Below are positions 26,816-35,402 of a stretch of 36,459 bases of DNA, piece after piece. The notes beneath the pieces are model-generated. The model was not told where the DNA came from and ran no database searches. It saw nothing but the letters and a program-made list of their open reading frames with translations. The position numbers and the translations under genes are program-made. The stretch is from the NCBI GenBank assembly GCA_007123465.1, contig SKLB01000329.1, forward strand, positions 1 through 36,459, read 5' to 3'. Numbering within the stretch: position 1 is the first letter of the stretch; every line of letters starts with the position of its first letter. Origin of the DNA: Spirochaetales bacterium. GTDB lineage: Bacteria > Spirochaetota > Spirochaetia > DSM-27196 > PWMO01.

Positions 26816-27486
26816 GCCGTTGGCGGGAACTCCAACTCCCATACCAGATCCCGCCCGAGCTGCCGCGGTTGGCCGGGCGCCAGCCGAATTGCGTCCCCCA
26901 GAGCCTCGATTCCGAGCTCCCCGATAGCCGGTGTACCGGCGCCGATAAGCATCGGCGCAATGACCAGCAGCAGTCTGTCTACCAGGCGCTGTCTCACAAA
27001 CGAGGTAATCACGCGGCTGCCCCCTTCGACAAACAGCGATCGGATGCCTTGCTGCGCGAGCCACTGCAGCAGCTGCTGCAGGTCTACACCGCTTCCGCTC
27101 TGGTCTGCAGCAACGTCGACCACTGTGATATTATGATTGCTGAGACGGTTGCGCTGCTCGGGTGCGCTATCGCTCAGAGTTGCCACGACCGTGCGAAAAC
27201 GCGTTGCAGTCTGTACTATGCGCGATGCTTCGGGCAGCCGCAGCCGGGAATCGAGCACTATTCGCAGCGGTGAAGTGTGCTCTTGTGCCAGGCGGCACGT
27301 CAGTTCGGGATCGTCGCGCAAGACGGTACCGATACCTACCAGTATAGCATCGTTGTCGCGCCGGAGCTCGTGCGCCAGGGTCAGCGTCTCGCTGCCGGAA
27401 ATCCAGCGCGAGTCGCCGCTTCTGGTGGCGATCCGCCCGTCGAGACTCTGTGCAAAGCTCACAACCACAGTGGGACGGCCAATCAT
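26812..27486 (-). CDS. RibD C-terminal reductase-only protein (dihydrofolate reductase fold)
   Basis: FAQSLDGRIA, SRWIS, ILVGIGTVLRDDPELT and LFVEGG; no deaminase HAE/PCxxC domain. Confidence 0.88.
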   Translation of the reverse strand: MIGRPTVVVSFAQSLDGRIATRSGDSRWISGSETLTLAHELRRDNDAILVGIGTVLRDDPELTCRLAQEHTSPLRIVLDSRLRLPEASRIVQTATRFRTVVATLSDSAPEQRNRLSNHNITVVDVAADQSGSGVDLQQLLQWLAQQGIRSLFVEGGSRVITSFVRQRLVDRLLLVIAPMLIGAGTPAIGELGIEALGDAIRLAPGQPRQLGRDLVWELEFPPTA

Positions 27487-27497
27487 AACTGTGCTGC

Positions 27498-27527
27498 AGT
27501 CTACCGCATATGCGACCGACGATACAA
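27498..27527 (-). promoter_or_regulatory. Possible promoter for the reductase-methyltransferase pair
   Basis: TTGTAT-18 nt-TAGACT; ATG 11 nt downstream; no SD. Confidence 0.35.
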
Positions 27528-27551
27528 CGCGAATCGAGCCGGCGGAATGCG

Positions 27552-27580
27552 TTGACACCGCGGTCATTCCTTACTAAATT
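27552..27580 (+). promoter_or_regulatory. Sigma70-type promoter for ribA
   Basis: TTGACA-17 nt-TAAATT. Confidence 0.6.
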
Positions 27581-27624
27581 CGCAAGCATGCGCCTTGCGC
27601 ACGTTGTTTACTCTGGAGGACGCA

Positions 27625-28437
27625 ATGAATAAGGCTCGCGGCGATTCCCGCGGCGGTCACGCTGGTTTATCCACCACCACACCGCTGATCAAGGTCAACG
27701 GACTCGCCCCGCACAAACAGCCCCGGAAGCTCAACGGTCACTCGCTGATCGCACGGCAGAGACTGGAAAAGAAGCTTTCGGCTCTACCATCGTATGTCCC
27801 CGAGGAGGCATACTTCAAGGCTGCCGAAGATGGAACGCTGCCCGAGGACGGGCACTCGGTACAGCTGGTTGCCAGCGTAGATTTTCCGACACGCTACGGC
27901 CATTTTACGCTGTACGGCTTCCACGAAGCCGGCAGCGGAGCCGAACACACCGCGATTGTGCGCGGAGATGTTCGCGGCGCAATCGATTGTCCGGTGCGGC
28001 TGCATTCGGAGTGTCACACCGGCGACGTCTGGGGATCACTGCGCTGTGACTGTCGTGACCAACTCGAGGCTGCCGTACGCTACGTGGCCGACCAGCAATG
28101 TGGCGCGGTTGTATATCTGCGTCAGGAGGGCCGCGGCATTGGATTGCTGAACAAGATCAAGGCCTACCACCTTCAGGATCTCGGACTCGATACGGTAGAG
28201 GCCAACGAGTTCCTCGGCTATCCCGCAGAAGCGCGCGATTACGGTGTTGGTGCACAGATCCTGGAGCTGCTGGGGATAGATTCGGTTGCACTACTTACCA
28301 ACAATCCGGACAAGATCGAAAAGCTGACCGCCGCCGGATGTATCGTGACGCGCCGAATACCGTTAAAGGCTACCACCAATCCGCACAATGAATTCTACAT
28401 GCAGACCAAGAAGAGCAAGATGGGGCACCTGTTCTGA
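27625..28437 (+). CDS. ribA: GTP cyclohydrolase II with N-terminal extension
   Basis: VRLHSECHTGDVWGSLRCDC, YLRQEGRGIGLLNK, DTVEAN and LLTNNPDK; GGAGGA SD before ATG 27625. Confidence 0.93.
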   Translation: MNKARGDSRGGHAGLSTTTPLIKVNGLAPHKQPRKLNGHSLIARQRLEKKLSALPSYVPEEAYFKAAEDGTLPEDGHSVQLVASVDFPTRYGHFTLYGFHEAGSGAEHTAIVRGDVRGAIDCPVRLHSECHTGDVWGSLRCDCRDQLEAAVRYVADQQCGAVVYLRQEGRGIGLLNKIKAYHLQDLGLDTVEANEFLGYPAEARDYGVGAQILELLGIDSVALLTNNPDKIEKLTAAGCIVTRRIPLKATTNPHNEFYMQTKKSKMGHLF

Positions 28438-28464
28438 ATCTGTTGTGAATCCGGCGCTGCTGCT

Positions 28465-29691
28465 TCAGCGCAACGCCGCGGTGATCTTCTCCACCGCGCT
28501 CTCTACCTTCTCACGGTGATTGAAAGCGCTGATTCTGATAAACCCTTCTCCGCAGCGGCCAAACCCGCTGCCGGGCGTAGTTACTACACCGGCTTTATGC
28601 AACAGAAGTTCGAACAGATCCCAGGAACCGGCGCCTTTGGCGTCGACCCAGATATAGGGTGCGTCCTGACCGCCGCTGCAGGCGTAGCCTATCAGCCGCA
28701 TTGCCTCAAGAATAATGCGCGCGTTCTCCAGGTAGTAGTCCGAGAGCTGCCGGATTTCGTGTCTGCCCTGCCGGCTGCACGCCGCGGCGGCCGCGCGCTG
28801 TACCGGGTAGGATACCCCGTTGAACTTGGTACTCTGGCGGCGGCTCCAGAGGTCACGCACGCTGTGTGGTGAGCCATCGGCGCAGTAGGCGGTGCACTTC
28901 GCGGGCACAACGGTATAGGCGCAGCGGGTTCCGGTGAATCCGGCGGTCTTGGAAAAACTGCGGAACTCGATTGCCACCTCGTCGGCTCCCGGGATTTCGT
29001 AGATGGAATGCGGGATATTCGGGTTACGGATGAACTCTACGTAAGCCGCATCGAACAGAATCAGGGCTTTGTTGCTACGCGCGTATTCGACCCAGCGCGC
29101 GAGCTGATCGGTGGTTGCAACCACGCCGGTCGGGTTATTGGGAAAACAGAGATAGATCAGGTCAACCGGGCTGGCGGGAGGCGAGGGTACAAAGCCGTTG
29201 TGCGGCGTTGCTTCGAGATAGACGAGGCCCTGATACCGTCCCCGGTCCCACGCTCCGCTGCGCCCCGCCATGACGTTGGTATCAACGTAGACCGGGTAGA
29301 CCGGGTCGGGTACGGCAACAGTTATGGCGCTATCGAAGAGTTCCTGGATGTTGCCGGTATCGCATTTGGCACCGTCGGAGACAAAAATATCATCGGCGCC
29401 GATAGCAACACCGCGCGGTGCGTAATCGCTTGCAACTATCGCCTCGCGCAGAAAAGCGTATCCCTGTTCGGGGCCGTAGCCGCGGAAGCTCTGGTCGCTG
29501 GCCATCTCGTCGATTGCACTGTGAAATGCCTGAACAACCGACGGCGTCAACGCGCGCGTAACATCGCCAATACCGAGCTTGATAACCTCGCGGCCGGGAT
29601 TCTGCTGCTGAAACGCCTGGACTCTCTGCGCAATCTCCACAAACAGGTAGGAAGACTGCAGCTTGGTGTAGTGTTCATTTATCTGTATCAT
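28465..29691 (-). CDS. dapL: LL-diaminopimelate aminotransferase
   Basis: SYLF, LGIGDVT, GYGPEQGY, SDGAKCD, CFPNNPTG and SFSKTAGFTGTRC. Start at ATG 29691. Confidence 0.95.
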   Translation of the reverse strand: MIQINEHYTKLQSSYLFVEIAQRVQAFQQQNPGREVIKLGIGDVTRALTPSVVQAFHSAIDEMASDQSFRGYGPEQGYAFLREAIVASDYAPRGVAIGADDIFVSDGAKCDTGNIQELFDSAITVAVPDPVYPVYVDTNVMAGRSGAWDRGRYQGLVYLEATPHNGFVPSPPASPVDLIYLCFPNNPTGVVATTDQLARWVEYARSNKALILFDAAYVEFIRNPNIPHSIYEIPGADEVAIEFRSFSKTAGFTGTRCAYTVVPAKCTAYCADGSPHSVRDLWSRRQSTKFNGVSYPVQRAAAAACSRQGRHEIRQLSDYYLENARIILEAMRLIGYACSGGQDAPYIWVDAKGAGSWDLFELLLHKAGVVTTPGSGFGRCGEGFIRISAFNHREKVESAVEKITAALR

Positions 29692-29747
29692 AGGAGTGTT
29701 TCCTTGTGGAGGCATCTTAGAGACAAGGCAGGAGAACATCAAGAGCT

Positions 29748-30242
29748 ATGCTGGCAACTATGACCGAAGGGCAACGGCACACGCTCTATCAAGACGCGTG
29801 TGCGATTCTGCGCGAAAACGGCTCGGCGGGTGCCCGGCTGCACCGCATGTGCGATTATCTGCGGCAGCACGTAACCTCCTACGACTGGGTGGGGTTCTAC
29901 GTCGCTGTCCCCGGTGAACGAACGCTGGTGCTGGGACCGTTTGCGGGCGAACCGACCGAGCATCTGCGGATCGCGTTCGGGCAGGGCGTTTGCGGACAGG
30001 CCGCCGAGCAGGAGCGTACCGTGGTTGTTCAGGACGTGAGCGCCGAGACAAACTACCTGTCGTGCAGCGTCCACGTCAAATCCGAGATCGTGGTACCGGT
30101 CTTTGACCAGGGTCTGGTGATCGGCGAACTCGATATTGATTCACACCAGCGTGAGGCTTTCAGCGATCATGACCGGCCAATTCTGCAGCGGTTGGCAGCA
30201 GCGAGTGTCGAGCTGGTGCGCGAGATCGCGCCGGTCATTTAG
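29748..30242 (+). CDS. GAF domain protein, free methionine-R-sulfoxide reductase (MsrC/YebR)-like
   Basis: WVGFY, LGPF, GQGVCG, YLSCS, SEIVVP and ELDIDS. The start could alternatively be ATG 29760. Confidence 0.85.
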   Translation: MLATMTEGQRHTLYQDACAILRENGSAGARLHRMCDYLRQHVTSYDWVGFYVAVPGERTLVLGPFAGEPTEHLRIAFGQGVCGQAAEQERTVVVQDVSAETNYLSCSVHVKSEIVVPVFDQGLVIGELDIDSHQREAFSDHDRPILQRLAAASVELVREIAPVI

Positions 30243-30249
30243 GCTTGTC

Positions 30250-31482
30250 TCAGTCCTCCGGCCGATGTTTGGGACGTTGCCGTCTGGATTGACCGGCCTC
30301 CGGCAGCAGCCGCGCCCTGGTTACCGCTACCGAGCCGGGGCGTTTACGACGCAGCTCCAGCAGCGCCTGCTCCACTTTGCGCCGCTTGTCCTCGGTTTCA
30401 TCGGTGAACAGTTTCTCCTGCGTCTCACCGCTGCGGATGCGTTCGACACCGCTGACTCCCAATCCGATCAGCCGCAGCGGCTTGTGACCGTCCCAGCGCT
30501 TACTGAGCAGTGCGCACGCGACGCCGTAGAGTTCGTCGACCGATGACAGTTTGTGCTTGAGGCCGCGCTGGGCGCTGTGAGTCTGGAAATCGCTTTCGCG
30601 GACCTTGATGGTTACCGTTGCTGCGCTGCAGCCGGTCTCGTGCAGGCGAAACATTACGTGCTCGGCCAGCTCCAGCAACGTGCGTTCGACCAGCCGGCGG
30701 TCGCTGACGTCGATTTCAAAGGTAGTCTCGCTGCTGACCGAGTGCGAGCGCGCTTCAAAGCTGTAGATTCCAGGATCGATGCCACGGCTGACCCGGTGCA
30801 GGTAGTTACCGGTGGATTCGCCGAAGTGACCGCGCAGAAACGGCAGCTCGGCGTCGCGCAGAGCGGCAACCGAATCGATGCCCAGCGCTTCGAGGCGCAC
30901 CAGTGTCTTGTGCCCGATTCCCCACAGATCGCTGAGTTTGATTGTGAGGACAAACTGGTCTTCCTGGCCCGGTTCGACCACGTAGAGACCGTCCGGCTTA
31001 CTGCAGGCCGACGCCAGCTTGGCAATATAGCGGCTGGCCGCTACGCCCACCGTCACTGTCAATCCGGTCTGTATGCGCACCTGCTGCTTGAGCCGCACGG
31101 CCGTCTGGTGCGGCGAACCAAAGAGCCTGCGTGTGCCGCTAAGATCCAGAAACGCTTCGTCTACGCTGATCTGTTGCAGGTCGGGCGTGAAGTCGGCAAA
31201 AACCGCCATCACCTGCTGCGACAACTCACGGTAGCGCGCCATGCGCACCGGTACAAAGATAGCGTGTGGGCAGCGGCGATAGGCGTGCGCCGCAGGCATT
31301 GCAGAATGGACTCCGTAGCGCCGAGCCTCGTAGGAGCAGGCCGAGACAACACCACGTCGATCCGGATGCGCCCCGACAATAACCGGTTTGCCGCGGTACC
31401 CGGGGTTATCGAGTTGTTCAACCGAAGCGTAGAACGCGTCGAGATCAACGTGAAAGATCACCGAGTCAACCGCGTCGCTCAT
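30250..31482 (-). CDS. dinB: DNA polymerase IV
   Basis: HVDLDAFYASVE, CSYEARRYGV, SVDEAFLD, KPDG, LWGIG, RLIGL and clamp-like QEKLF. Confidence 0.95.
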   Translation of the reverse strand: MSDAVDSVIFHVDLDAFYASVEQLDNPGYRGKPVIVGAHPDRRGVVSACSYEARRYGVHSAMPAAHAYRRCPHAIFVPVRMARYRELSQQVMAVFADFTPDLQQISVDEAFLDLSGTRRLFGSPHQTAVRLKQQVRIQTGLTVTVGVAASRYIAKLASACSKPDGLYVVEPGQEDQFVLTIKLSDLWGIGHKTLVRLEALGIDSVAALRDAELPFLRGHFGESTGNYLHRVSRGIDPGIYSFEARSHSVSSETTFEIDVSDRRLVERTLLELAEHVMFRLHETGCSAATVTIKVRESDFQTHSAQRGLKHKLSSVDELYGVACALLSKRWDGHKPLRLIGLGVSGVERIRSGETQEKLFTDETEDKRRKVEQALLELRRKRPGSVAVTRARLLPEAGQSRRQRPKHRPED

Positions 31483-33704
31483 CGCTGCTCCTGCTGCAGA
31501 TTGGCCTGTACCCGTATGGTCAGCTCGGTTGCTTCGATGCGTACATCAGGGCGCGAAACCGTGACCGGCTGGCTGAGGCGCCGGCTGGTTGCGCGCAACA
31601 GCATTTCTCCGCGTGAGTTCTCGGGCAGCGTAATGTCTATTGTCAAGGGATCCGGCGGCAGCACACCCACAAGGAGCGTGGCGCGCTCGAGACCGCCGTC
31701 CAGCGAAACCGGAAAATTGGCATCGTACAGCAGGATCGGTCCGTCTGAGACAATCTGCGCTCTGATCGTGTAGAGATCAATCTGGCTGGACACGATAAAT
31801 TGCAATCGGGAACGCTCCAGGAATGAACTGCGCTGCTGGGTTACGTTCAGCGGCGCTTCCTGATGCAAGGGCAGCTGGACAGCTGAACCGTTCCAGATGA
31901 ACTGCTCGTTACCAACCGTCAGCGCCAGCGTCTCCAGTGGAGGGCCGATGCTGCGTACATCGATCGTACGGCTGTTGCTGACCAGGTCGATGCTCTCGTG
32001 CAGTGTCAGCGGCTGTGGCGAGCTTTCGGAGTAGGGCTGGTAGTGGTACAGTACAACCGCCAGGAGCGCAACAGTGAGGGCGGCCAATGATGCGCTCAGC
32101 TGGAGCACAAAACTGCGTCGGCCGACGCGCGGATGTCGGACCATAAAGTCGAGTCGCAGCAGCATCAGCAGGAACGGCAGTGAGATCAGTGCCAGCAGCA
32201 GGTTGCCGCTGATTGGCGAGAGCAGGAACGCCCGTGCGGCATTGAGCTCGCCGGTGGTATAGACTACGTATGCAGTGTGGACTAGTGGCAGCGGCGCGAG
32301 TATCAGGCAGATGCCCTTCAGTGGCCGGGTAGGCAGAACCGCAAATAGAAAAGCCCACAAGAATGCCCACAGGAAATAGTAGGTCAGCGAAATGTGAACT
32401 ACCGCGAGGGTAATTATGCCGATGAACAGAACCATAATTGCGGATGCAGAATAGAAACTGCTTGTTGATGCCAGCAGGCTGCGGCGCAGAGGCAGCATCA
32501 ACAGGGTGAAGAGGAAAAACGCGATTGAGATCTTGAGGACAAAGAAGAGCAGCGGCCGATGGTGCCACAATGCGGGGTAGCTGCGAAAGTCAAGAAAGCT
32601 CTCGATTACCGCGGTAGCAGCCAGCAAGAGTACAAAAAGCAGCGCGAAGATCGCCGGAATGCTCCACAGATTGCGCAGCACGGTTCGTGCGTAGCGCTCG
32701 AAACGACGGCGAAACGCTACCGTGTAGAACAGAGTCGTGGCAATCAGTGCCAGAAAGATCAGAAGGTAGTGCTGCTCACCGGCAATCAAAAGCGAGCTTC
32801 CGGCCTGAAAAAACACGTAGTGGCGATCCCATCCCAGCGGCAACCCGCCGGCGAAGCTGTCTATGAAGCCGGTCAGACCGTCGAGCAAGGATTCTGCCGG
32901 CTGCAGTGTGACCGCCTCGTGACGTCCGTTCTCTGCGGCACTGCTGCGGATGCCAACCGCCGGCACCCCGGCCTCCAGGTAAGGCGCAATCTGTGCTGGT
33001 TGCCGCGACAGTCCGATACGCTGAATCTGACTGCCGACAGGCTGCGCGTCGAAGGCAACCGTGGACTCCGCCAGCGCCGCACTGATCCCCTGCAGCAACC
33101 AGGAAGGGGCAACCACAGCGCCGGCAGCGCTGTCCAGGACGATCTTGTCGCCGGGCTGTTGCAGGTCGAGATAGACCAGTGCTGTCGGGCGGTCGGCCAC
33201 CCAATCGGCTAGAAAGTGACGGCTTCCCAGTGGATAGTTCTGAAGCGGCTCGCGCTCGGCCCCCAGGAACAGCAGCGTCACCGTCAACGGGGGAGGGCTA
33301 TCCGTCAGTTGTGCGGCCAGTTCCAGCGCCAGCGCCAGGCCGATCGAGCCGTCGGCTGCACGGGCGGCGCCGTAGCGGTGGTTCAGCGGTAGCGCGATAA
33401 TCAGATGATCGCGGCGTTGGCCCGTGATTGTGGCCTCTATGATGCGTGAAAACGAGTGTGCGTTGTCGAGATTTGCGAAGGTACGTTCGTTGAAGGAGAT
33501 GCCAAGCCGTTGAAGCCGATCGATGATCAGCTCGCGCGTTGCCGCTTCACCCGCGCTTGCTTCATGACGAGGGTAGAGCGCCTGGATCTGGTGCCAGGTC
33601 TCGACCAGATCGGTCGGCTGATCAGAGTGACGCGGTTCGAGGGACTGTGCGAAAACTATGTTACTTGATATGATAATCAGGATTGCGGCGGTCAGCAGTT
33701 TCAT
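31479..33704 (-). CDS. Exported M28 peptidase-like domain fused to a multi-pass membrane region and C-terminal soluble domain
   Basis: Signal peptide MKLLTAAILIII; YPRHEASAGE, DGSIGLALALEL and LLFLGAE resemble the M28 fold; about 9 hydrophobic segments follow. Start moved to ATG 33704. Confidence 0.65.
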   Translation of the reverse strand: MKLLTAAILIIISSNIVFAQSLEPRHSDQPTDLVETWHQIQALYPRHEASAGEAATRELIIDRLQRLGISFNERTFANLDNAHSFSRIIEATITGQRRDHLIIALPLNHRYGAARAADGSIGLALALELAAQLTDSPPPLTVTLLFLGAEREPLQNYPLGSRHFLADWVADRPTALVYLDLQQPGDKIVLDSAAGAVVAPSWLLQGISAALAESTVAFDAQPVGSQIQRIGLSRQPAQIAPYLEAGVPAVGIRSSAAENGRHEAVTLQPAESLLDGLTGFIDSFAGGLPLGWDRHYVFFQAGSSLLIAGEQHYLLIFLALIATTLFYTVAFRRRFERYARTVLRNLWSIPAIFALLFVLLLAATAVIESFLDFRSYPALWHHRPLLFFVLKISIAFFLFTLLMLPLRRSLLASTSSFYSASAIMVLFIGIITLAVVHISLTYYFLWAFLWAFLFAVLPTRPLKGICLILAPLPLVHTAYVVYTTGELNAARAFLLSPISGNLLLALISLPFLLMLLRLDFMVRHPRVGRRSFVLQLSASLAALTVALLAVVLYHYQPYSESSPQPLTLHESIDLVSNSRTIDVRSIGPPLETLALTVGNEQFIWNGSAVQLPLHQEAPLNVTQQRSSFLERSRLQFIVSSQIDLYTIRAQIVSDGPILLYDANFPVSLDGGLERATLLVGVLPPDPLTIDITLPENSRGEMLLRATSRRLSQPVTVSRPDVRIEATELTIRVQANLQQEQR

Positions 33705-33713
33705 GCGTGGCTC

Positions 33714-33743
33714 AGGATAGGGAAAAGGCTTCGTATTAGTCAA
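33714..33743 (-). promoter_or_regulatory. Sigma70-type promoter for the M28-like / dinB pair
   Basis: TTGACT-18 nt-TATCCT; ATG 9 nt downstream; no clear SD. Confidence 0.5.
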
Positions 33744-33768
33744 TATGACACCGCAGAAGGAGGTTCCG

Positions 33769-34278
33769 GTGGATATTCTTCCCGAAATTGAGAAACGGGT
33801 AAGCGTACGCGCGTACACCGACCAACCTCTCGAGAAGCAGCAGATAGACCGGATTCTCGAAGCCGCCCGTCTGGCCCCGTCTGCCAAGAACCGGCAGGCG
33901 TGGCGCTTTATCGTGGTACGCAATCCTGATCTGCGGGCACGCTTGCAGGTCGCCTGTTTCAATCAGGAATACGTCGGGCAGGCACCGGTTATCATTGCAC
34001 TGTGCACAACCAACGTGGACTACAAGATGCCCAACGGGCAGTTATCCTATCCGGTTGATCTGGGAATTGCGGCGTCGTTCATGATGCTGCAGGCTACCCA
34101 CGAAGGCCTTGCAAGCTGCGCGGTTACCACGTTTGACGAGGCCGAGGTACGGGTGCTGCTGAGCGTGCCCTATTCGATGCGCGTGGTGATGCTGTTGACC
34201 ATCGGGTACCCCAACGAACAGCTCGAGCGTGCACGACGGTTTCCGCTCAGCCGCATGGTTTCGTACGACCACTGGTGA
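33769..34278 (+). CDS. Nitroreductase family protein
   Basis: KRVSVRAY, ARLAPSAKNRQAWRF, DLGIA and TIGYP; GTG 33769 after AAGGAGG. Confidence 0.92.
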   Translation: MDILPEIEKRVSVRAYTDQPLEKQQIDRILEAARLAPSAKNRQAWRFIVVRNPDLRARLQVACFNQEYVGQAPVIIALCTTNVDYKMPNGQLSYPVDLGIAASFMMLQATHEGLASCAVTTFDEAEVRVLLSVPYSMRVVMLLTIGYPNEQLERARRFPLSRMVSYDHW

Positions 34279-34295
34279 GTGGCGCTGAGTGCCTG

Positions 34296-35402
34296 TTACA
34301 TCACCGAGTAATCAAACGAAAGCGACTGTTCCTCGCGGTAGCGCAGCTCACCGAGTTCGATCAGTGTGTTCAGCAGAGCGGGGTACGCTACCCCGGCGGC
34401 CTCGCACATGCGCGGGAACATGCTGATCTGCGTGAACCCGGGTATCGTGTTGATCTCGTTGAGGTAGATCGTCCGCCCGGGATCGGAGACCAGAAAGTCA
34501 ACCCGTGACATGCCTTCAACGCCGATCGCCTGGTGCGCAGCCGCGGCGATGCGTCGGATCTCGGCCGACTCGTGGTCGCTGAGCCGTGCCGGTATCTGGA
34601 GGAGTGCGCCGTCGGGGTCGCGGTACTTTGCGTCGTAGTCGTAGAAGCGATGAGAAGGGATGATCTCACCGGGGGCGTAGGCGGTCAGCGATGCGTTACC
34701 CAGAACCGAGCATTCGATTTCCTGTCCGGTTATGGCTGGTTCCAGCAGCAGCTTGTTATCGAACTTCAGCGCCAGCCTGATTGCGTCGCCAAACTGCTGC
34801 TGATCTTCTACGCACGATACTCCCACCGAAGAACCTGCGCGCGCCGGTTTTACAAACAGCGGATAGCCAAAACGTTCCACGGCCTGCCGGTTCAACGCGG
34901 CAAGCGTCGGGTCCGACAGGTCTGCGAGGGTTGCTCGATGCGCGCTGATGTAGGGCGTTACCGGGAGCCCCGCTGCCTGCCAGACACGCTTGCTGATCTC
35001 CTTATCCATGCCCACCGCGCTGCCGAGCACCCCGGCCCCAACGTACGGCAGGTTGGCGATCTCGAGCAGTCCCTGGACGGTGCCGTCTTCGCCAAACGTG
35101 CCGTGAAGCACCGGGAAGACCAGATCCACCGGCAGGAATGCTCCGTTGACCGATAATCCGGCTGCCGGATGCACGGCGATCAGTCTGGACTGGTCGCTGA
35201 CTACCGATAGCGAGGCGTCCGACTGCCGTACCTTCTGGAAAAGATCATCGGGCTGCAGATACCAGCGACCGCGCTTGTCGATACCAATCAGGAGCGGCCG
35301 CAGGCGCGTGAGATCGAGGTAACGAATGACCGAGCGTACCGACTGCAGTGAGACTTCGTGTTCACCCGAGCGGCCGCCGTAGAGCAGCGCAATTGTCAGC
35401 AT
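34296..35402 (-). CDS. ddl: D-alanine--D-alanine ligase
   Basis: GGRSGEHEVS, HGTFGEDG, VKPARAGSSVG, FYDYDAKY and NEINTIPGFT. Confidence 0.96.
   Translation of the reverse strand: MLTIALLYGGRSGEHEVSLQSVRSVIRYLDLTRLRPLLIGIDKRGRWYLQPDDLFQKVRQSDASLSVVSDQSRLIAVHPAAGLSVNGAFLPVDLVFPVLHGTFGEDGTVQGLLEIANLPYVGAGVLGSAVGMDKEISKRVWQAAGLPVTPYISAHRATLADLSDPTLAALNRQAVERFGYPLFVKPARAGSSVGVSCVEDQQQFGDAIRLALKFDNKLLLEPAITGQEIECSVLGNASLTAYAPGEIIPSHRFYDYDAKYRDPDGALLQIPARLSDHESAEIRRIAAAAHQAIGVEGMSRVDFLVSDPGRTIYLNEINTIPGFTQISMFPRMCEAAGVAYPALLNTLIELGELRYREEQSLSFDYSVM

Noticed and set aside
26816-27064. N-terminal extension of the FkbM ORF overlapping the RibD-like gene (possible frameshift fusion)
   Set aside because: An ATGA stop/start overlap at 26812-26815 explains the arrangement, and the extension has non-protein-like composition.
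30553-31773. 406-aa plus-strand ORF and similar long antisense ORFs (for example 5594-6496, 9826-10722, 15456-16400, 21010-21996)
   Set aside because: Typical high-GC shadow frames opposite well-supported genes.
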